Source: Octopus vulgaris (lineage: Eukaryota). From it: a stretch of 124,000 bases of DNA. The translations under genes were made by a program, and so were the position numbers. Every line of letters begins with the position of its first letter. The stretch's first letter is position 1. Below are positions 118,021 to 124,000 of the stretch, piece after piece. The stretch is taken from positions 43,544,001 to 43,668,000 of the forward strand of contig OX597822.1 in assembly GCA_951406725.2 (NCBI GenBank), read 5' to 3'. Below the pieces are notes generated by a model. That model worked only from the letters and a program-made list of their open reading frames with translations, made no database searches and had not been told where the DNA came from.

Positions 118021-119669
118021 TCCACCTCAAGTATTATCCAATTTCCTTGAATAAGGAAATGATGCATTGGATAATGTATTCTTGGAGACGCCTGAAAATC
118101 ATTTAGTCACCGGTCTGGTCAATTAGGATTGACCTAGGGTTAAACAACAACAGCAACAAAAGCAGCAGAAACAGCAACAATAGCTGCAGCAGCAACAATA
118201 GCAATACACTAGTAATTTAATCGGGCGCTCTACCGATTCTAGACCACTGTAAATGAATCTATTAATCTGCTTCGCATTGAAAACAGAATCTCTTCAGATT
118301 TTTAGATTTATTGTCGATTTACAACAATGGGAGGCAACAGCAAAATTAAAGACAACAACAAGAAGTGGCTGGGAGGTTGAGTGGGCGTGGATGGAGAAGG
118401 GTGAAGTGTTGGTGGAAGAGAGGGTTTTGGAATAAAATAAATGATGAAAATTCTTTAGCAGAAACAATGAATAATGATGAAAATGATGAACAATTCTTCA
118501 ACTGAGAGATAAAAAATAACGAACAAATAAAGAGACAAATATGAACATATAAATAAAACTAAAAGCAAACTGAATGAAAACTAAAGTGAGATAATTAAAA
118601 AATGACAATAATAACAACAACAACAGCAGCAGCAACAAAATACAATATTTTTAGGAAAAAATTCTATAAAACAAGCAAAAAAATAACAATTATGGACAAG
118701 GAATTATTTCTTCGGAACAAATGTCTATTGTTGAGATGTAAAATGAGAATGGAACTGAGGTGAAGTGAGATATGGTATAATCCAAAGGCTAGTAAAATAC
118801 TTGATTTTTCTCCTCGTCTTCTTTATCCTCCTCTTTATGAAACAAAGCCTACCAACGACCAGAGTAGCCATTTTTGTCCTTCTCTGAGAAGTTTAGATGC
118901 TTCTACCTACCAACCAACCAACCAGCCAGCCAGCCAGCCAACCATTCTCCCTCCCCTGTCAACCAACCAAATTCGCTACCATCTTCTCTCTGTCTCCTTA
119001 TGTAACAAAAGCCATCATTATTTTCTTTTTAACCCTTCGCAATGATTATTATTATTATTATTTTTCGTTGAATGATTAATGCATTTATTAATCATTTAAT
119101 AAAAGCACTGCCCCAGTATGGCCGTCGTACAATGACTGGAACAAGTAAAAGTAAAAGTTAAAGTTATATTTAATAATCCTGGCCACGAATCGATTTATCC
119201 GGAAGGGAACCAAAAAAAATTAACTTCAATTATTTTCCCCCTCTTCCTTCGATATTACGATACTCGTGTCATGAAAGCTGGTTGAATTAGGATAGAGGAT
119301 CGAATGGAGCCAAATGCAGTTCCATTTTATTATTCATTCATTTTAAATACGATACTGAATGAAACCTCATCATGCCTTTACCGTTTTATTTATCCTCTAG
119401 CAGGACTAACTGTCCAAGCTCGCCGCCATGTGTGATGCAAACGTAACTTCAGTTGTTTTGAGACTGTTTCTCGTCTTCAGCACTTGAGTCGGGATTGAAC
119501 TCAGACCGCAACGTACACATATTGTAAAGCATACTACCCGAGGCTCTAACGGCTCTGTCGACTGCCTTAAAATTGACAACGTACAACACCTGGTCAAACA
119601 CTTTCAACTCTGTCTGACGGGTATCCATTTGACAGACTGAATGCGCTAATACGGGTGTCATATTTAATT

Positions 119670-119895
119670 CTTTATTGCCTACAGGGAGGCTAAACATAGA
119701 GGGGACAAACAAGGAGAGACAAAGGGATTAAATCGATTACATCGATCCCAGTGCGTAACTGGTACTTATTTAATCGACTCCGAAAGGATGAAAGGCAAAG
119801 TCGACCTCGGCGGAATTTGAACTCGGAACGTAGCGGCAGACGAAATACTGGTAAGCGTTTCACACGGCACGCTAACGTTTCTGCCAGCTCGCTGC
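119670..119895 (-). mobile_element. SINE family C
   Basis: Reverse complement of the consensus. Confidence 0.85.
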
Positions 119896-121782
119896 CCTAT
119901 ACGGGTGTCATATTACCTTACCGAGTGTACCGTTACAGATATCAAATTGGTAAACTGGTACTCCGTCGGCGGCGACGACAAGGACTCCAGTTGATCTAAT
120001 CAACGGAACAGCCTGCTCATGAAGTTAACGTGCAAGTGGCTGAGCACTCACCAAACACAAGTACCCTTAACGTAGTTCTCAGGGTAATTCAGCGTGACAC
120101 AGAATGCGACAAGGCTGGCCTCTTGAATTACTCGTATAATTCTATTTCGCCAGCAGAATGGACTGAAGCAACATGCAATAAAGTGTCTTGCTTAAGGACA
120201 TAATACACTGCTGAGTACCGGGCCTCACAACCTTCTAATCGTGAACCGTATACCCTGATCACTCAGCCACGTGACCTCACTATCAAATTGATATAGCAAT
120301 TACGGCCATACGGGTACGGAACTGGCGCAATAAATGCGACTATACGGGTTTGAAACTGATAAATACCGGACACAATTACGAATATAATATTACTGAACAA
120401 GGGGAAATTCCCAGGCCGAACTCTACTTTAAGAGGGCTCTTGTTCTGCAGATTTAGAATTAGATATCTGTTCTGTATGGAAGGGAGGAAGGCGCATGGCA
120501 TAGTGGTGAAGATGACGCAGCTGGGGTTTTTATTCCCGGACCGCTCAGTGCTTTGTGTTCTTGAGCCAATAAACATGATTTCACGTTGCTCTACTCCATT
120601 CCACTCAACTGTAAAAGATGGACTAATTCCACGATGGACTGGCGTCCCGTTGAAATTTCTGTCCCCGGTCACTTCCACCTTGAAAATCGGGTAATTTGCC
120701 CTTTGAGTCCTAGCACCCAAAACAGTAATTATTTACTTCTTGGATGGGATACATAGTAAGTTGTGTGTGTGTGTGTGTGTGTGTGTGTTTGTGTTGTGAT
120801 CGTGATAGGCGTAAAGATAGATAATTCTTTGACGGAATATGAATCGTTTTGTGAAATGTTTGGCTTCGTGATAATGAAAGAAACCTGCGATATGTGGTCG
120901 CTCTAGAAATAACTAAGATTTCCCTCAACTCCCTAAACTGTTAAACCAGGAAGATGGTATTGATAATGTAGTCTACTGTATACATTGGTTGGAGCAAAAT
121001 AAATGAGACGGTTACGGCGGGAATACATTCGACAACTCATCGTGTTCCAACCTGAATTCCGTTCGTCTTTACGTTCCGAACTGAAATTCCGCCGAGGTGG
121101 TCTTTGCCTTTCATCCTAAGAACTATTTAATTAAATCACTGAAAATCAAACAGAACGCTAATGCGGATCAACATCGGATCACCATCGGATCAACTGGAAT
121201 CAGCATCATTGTAACCGGCGTAGTGCCAGTTAATCACTTTGATATCCATATCAAAGGTAATGTGATATGGGTATTAGCGCATTCAGTTTATCAGTCAATA
121301 AAGTGAGTACCAATAGAGTACGAGAGTCGATGTCAATGATTTACCGTTCCCCTAAACTTGTTGGCAATGTGCCAAAGCTTGAAATCAATACTAAAGTGGC
121401 AAAGTATCGATCGATCCCGAAATGGTGAAACGCAACGTTAACTTCGGTGAGAATCGAACACAGAACGTGTGGAACTGTGGAACTGGAAACAATAAAGTAA
121501 ATCGTATTGTGATGGACTTCTAAATGACTCGGCTAATTAGGCATGTTTACCGTTCCTTACCTTACGCAAAATAATCACATGTTTACACACAGCGATGATA
121601 TCACAATTCTTAAATTTAACAGGGAAATGAGTGGGTATGTTGGTGTAATCAGCCAGTACACTCGTCGTCAAAATAAGGGCTTTCGGCTCGATTCTAACGC
121701 CTGCTAATGCCATTTTCTCCCCTCGGGTTTCTGTATCCCCTAATTTTAGATACTATTTTCTATAATCAATATAGTGAAAGTT

Positions 121783-121827
<45 letters not shown>

Positions 121828-121829
<2 letters not shown>

Positions 121830-122285
121830 CAAAAATAAATCTCTGAACGAGGTATAAACAGTAGCTACACGACATCGTGAAGTATATTTGCCACTTAAAT
121901 GTGGCTAACCCTTAAGGGTGGATGCTACTGTAGCTTGTAGCCCCAGGAGGACACCTCTTCCAGCTGGCTATTGACACACTTTCTGTACCTTATCAGTATT
122001 TTCAAAGGGAAGCCATCGTTCTCGTCCTCAACCTATGATACACACGGACTCGAGTTTCTGGGTATTGACCCGTCATCAGCGTATGAAAATCACTGGCTGT
122101 CGATGAAAAGTAAGCCTCCCTTTGCAAATATATATCCTTTTTCCAGTGACAAAAAGTCACTGATGTCGAAAAAGTGTAAACAAGCAAAAATATATCTCTG
122201 AGCGAGGTATAAACGGTAGCTGCACTACATCGTGAAGTATATGTGTCACTTAAATGTGGCTAACCCCTAAGGGTTACCCACATGA
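121828..122285 (-). mobile_element. Candidate non-LTR retrozyme: 355-nt monomer, about 1.3 copies, with a terminal fold-back
   Basis: gcaaaaata.atctctga occurs at 121829 and 122184. The right end is a hairpin atgtggctaaccc/gggttacccacat; the left end is in (TA)n. Confidence 0.8.
122041..122085 (-). ncRNA. Type I hammerhead motif, canonical core
   Basis: CATACG-CTGATGA-CGGGTCAATACCCA-GAAA-CTCGAG-TC-CGTGTG; ACTCGAGT palindrome and GUC site. Confidence 0.75.
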
Positions 122286-122296
122286 TATATATATAA

Positions 122297-122340
<44 letters not shown>

Positions 122341-123269
122341 AGGTGGAAATCCACGCCACCATCTCTTCAGTTGTCCGGAAAAATGCTATGAAAAATGACC
122401 GTTATACAAAGGGAAATTACTGTGTGATTGACCGTTATTAAGACAAAAGAGCTATTTGAATGACCACTAAGTGAGGGGTGGGAGTAAAAGTAAGTGGGTA
122501 AAAATAGATCATAGTATTCGCGTTAGCGCGCATGTTCATAGTTGCACACGCGCGCCCGCACACACACGTGCGTGAACCTAAAAGTACACATTCATCCACC
122601 CTCACTTGAAAACCTACACATCCTCACTCGCACCATTCGCAAATGTATATACATACAAACCCCACCACTCACACGCGCACCATAAGGGTTCATACACACA
122701 TCTATATACGCACAAGCACAAGAAAATACAGGGCTAAGGGTAACAATACAGAAAAAAGGTATAAGGGTGTATACAAAGAGAAAACCACGTATATATACGC
122801 ACATACACTTATGCATGCACACACACGCTTATATTGCACATACCCGCACACGTTCATATACACACACACAAGCACGCGCTAAAAGGATCATACATACGTC
122901 TATATGCGCACACACACAAGAAAAAACAGGGCTAAAGGCAAAAATACAGGAAAATGTGTAAAAACACTGAGTAAAATACGTCTATATACACACGTACTCG
123001 CATGCTCGCACACACGCACACATCTATATACGCACATACCCGCACACACGCACACATCCACACGTGCGCACAAAAGATAACATAGACACGATTATATAGG
123101 CACAGGGAAAAATGCAGGGCGGAGGGTAGAATACAGAAATATTATATGTAAAAAATATATAAGCAATAAACCTATAAACGTCACGATGTGTTGCAGCTAC
123201 TGTTTATAACTCGCTCTAAGATTTATTATTGCTTCTTTACACTTATTCGATATCAGTGTCTTTACGATA

Positions 123270-123460
123270 CTGTAAAAAGTATATGTATTTGTGAAGGGAA
123301 CCTACTTTTCATCGACAACTGTGATTGTCACACACCGATGACGGGTCAATATCCAGAAACTCGAGTCCGTGTGTATCATAAGTTGGAGACGGAAAGTATG
123401 GCTTCCCTTTGCAAATACTGATAGGGCGCACAAAGTGTGTCTATAGCCAGAAAGTGTGTC
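123270..123460 (+). mobile_element. Partial monomer of the 355-nt family with a CCGATGA-core HHR at 123329-123373
   Basis: CACACA-CCGATGA-CGGGTCAATATCCA-GAAA-CTCGAG-TC-CGTGTG. Confidence 0.75.
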
Positions 123461-123636
123461 TAAAGAGACCGGTAGAATAAGTACTAGCCTTACAAAGAAT
123501 AAGTCCTGGGGTCGATTTGCTCGACTAAAGCTGGTGCTCCAGCATGGCCACAGTCAAATGACTGAAGCAATTAAAAGAGTATATATATATATATATATAT
123601 GCATATATACACATATGTATATATATATACATATAC

Positions 123637-123708
<72 letters not shown>

Positions 123709-123829
123709 ATATATGTATATATATATGTGTATATGTATATATATATATATACATATATGTATATGTATATATATATACATATATGTATATGTATATATAT
123801 ACATATATGTATATATATATATATATATA

Positions 123830-124000
123830 TAGTTAATCCAAACAAGAAAACACAGAAAAAAAGAGAAAAAACACAGCAACGCAGGACGTGGAACAATTAA
123901 AGTATTATTGACGCTCAGGAAAGAAGGGAAGGAGGGTTTAACGTTTCGAGCGGAGCTCTTCGACGGAAACAAGGAGAAGGAAAGGTCCCAAGGAGGGAAG
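123830..124000 (-). mobile_element. PLE-like terminus with an HHR-like motif (123936-123970), runs off the window end
   Basis: Minus strand GTTT-CCGTCGAA-GAGC-TCC-GCTC-GAAA-CGT-T-AAAC; abuts (TA)n. Confidence 0.5.

Overview
This is AT-rich, microsatellite-dense eukaryotic DNA. The SINE families, (TA)n/(CA)n/(TATC)n load and mariner content suggest an octopus genome, but this is inference and no database search was run. No host gene exon can be supported, so the window reads as intergenic or deep intronic and is almost entirely mobile-element derived. It contains: (i) six copies of a Tx1/L1-clade LINE, one full length at about 5.9 kb, all ending at (TATC)n; (ii) a nest of R4/Dong-clade RLE retrotransposons in (TAA)n arrays; (iii) decayed mariner and Tc1 transposons, Lep1/HINE-like Helitron derivatives and dozens of tRNA-derived SINEs; (iv) Penelope-like (PLE) GIY-YIG remnants. 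The most interesting signal is a set of non-coding elements, mostly abutting (TA)n, that carry type I hammerhead ribozyme (HHR) folds. These include tandem 361-nt and 355-nt highly base-paired monomers (candidate non-LTR retrozymes), 484-nt and 422-nt tandem units, and fold-back elements. Four separate families show a core of CCGANGA instead of CUGANGA (U4 to C), usually with a mismatched first stem II pair and a palindromic stem III. All RNA structures were folded by eye and need computational and biochemical confirmation.
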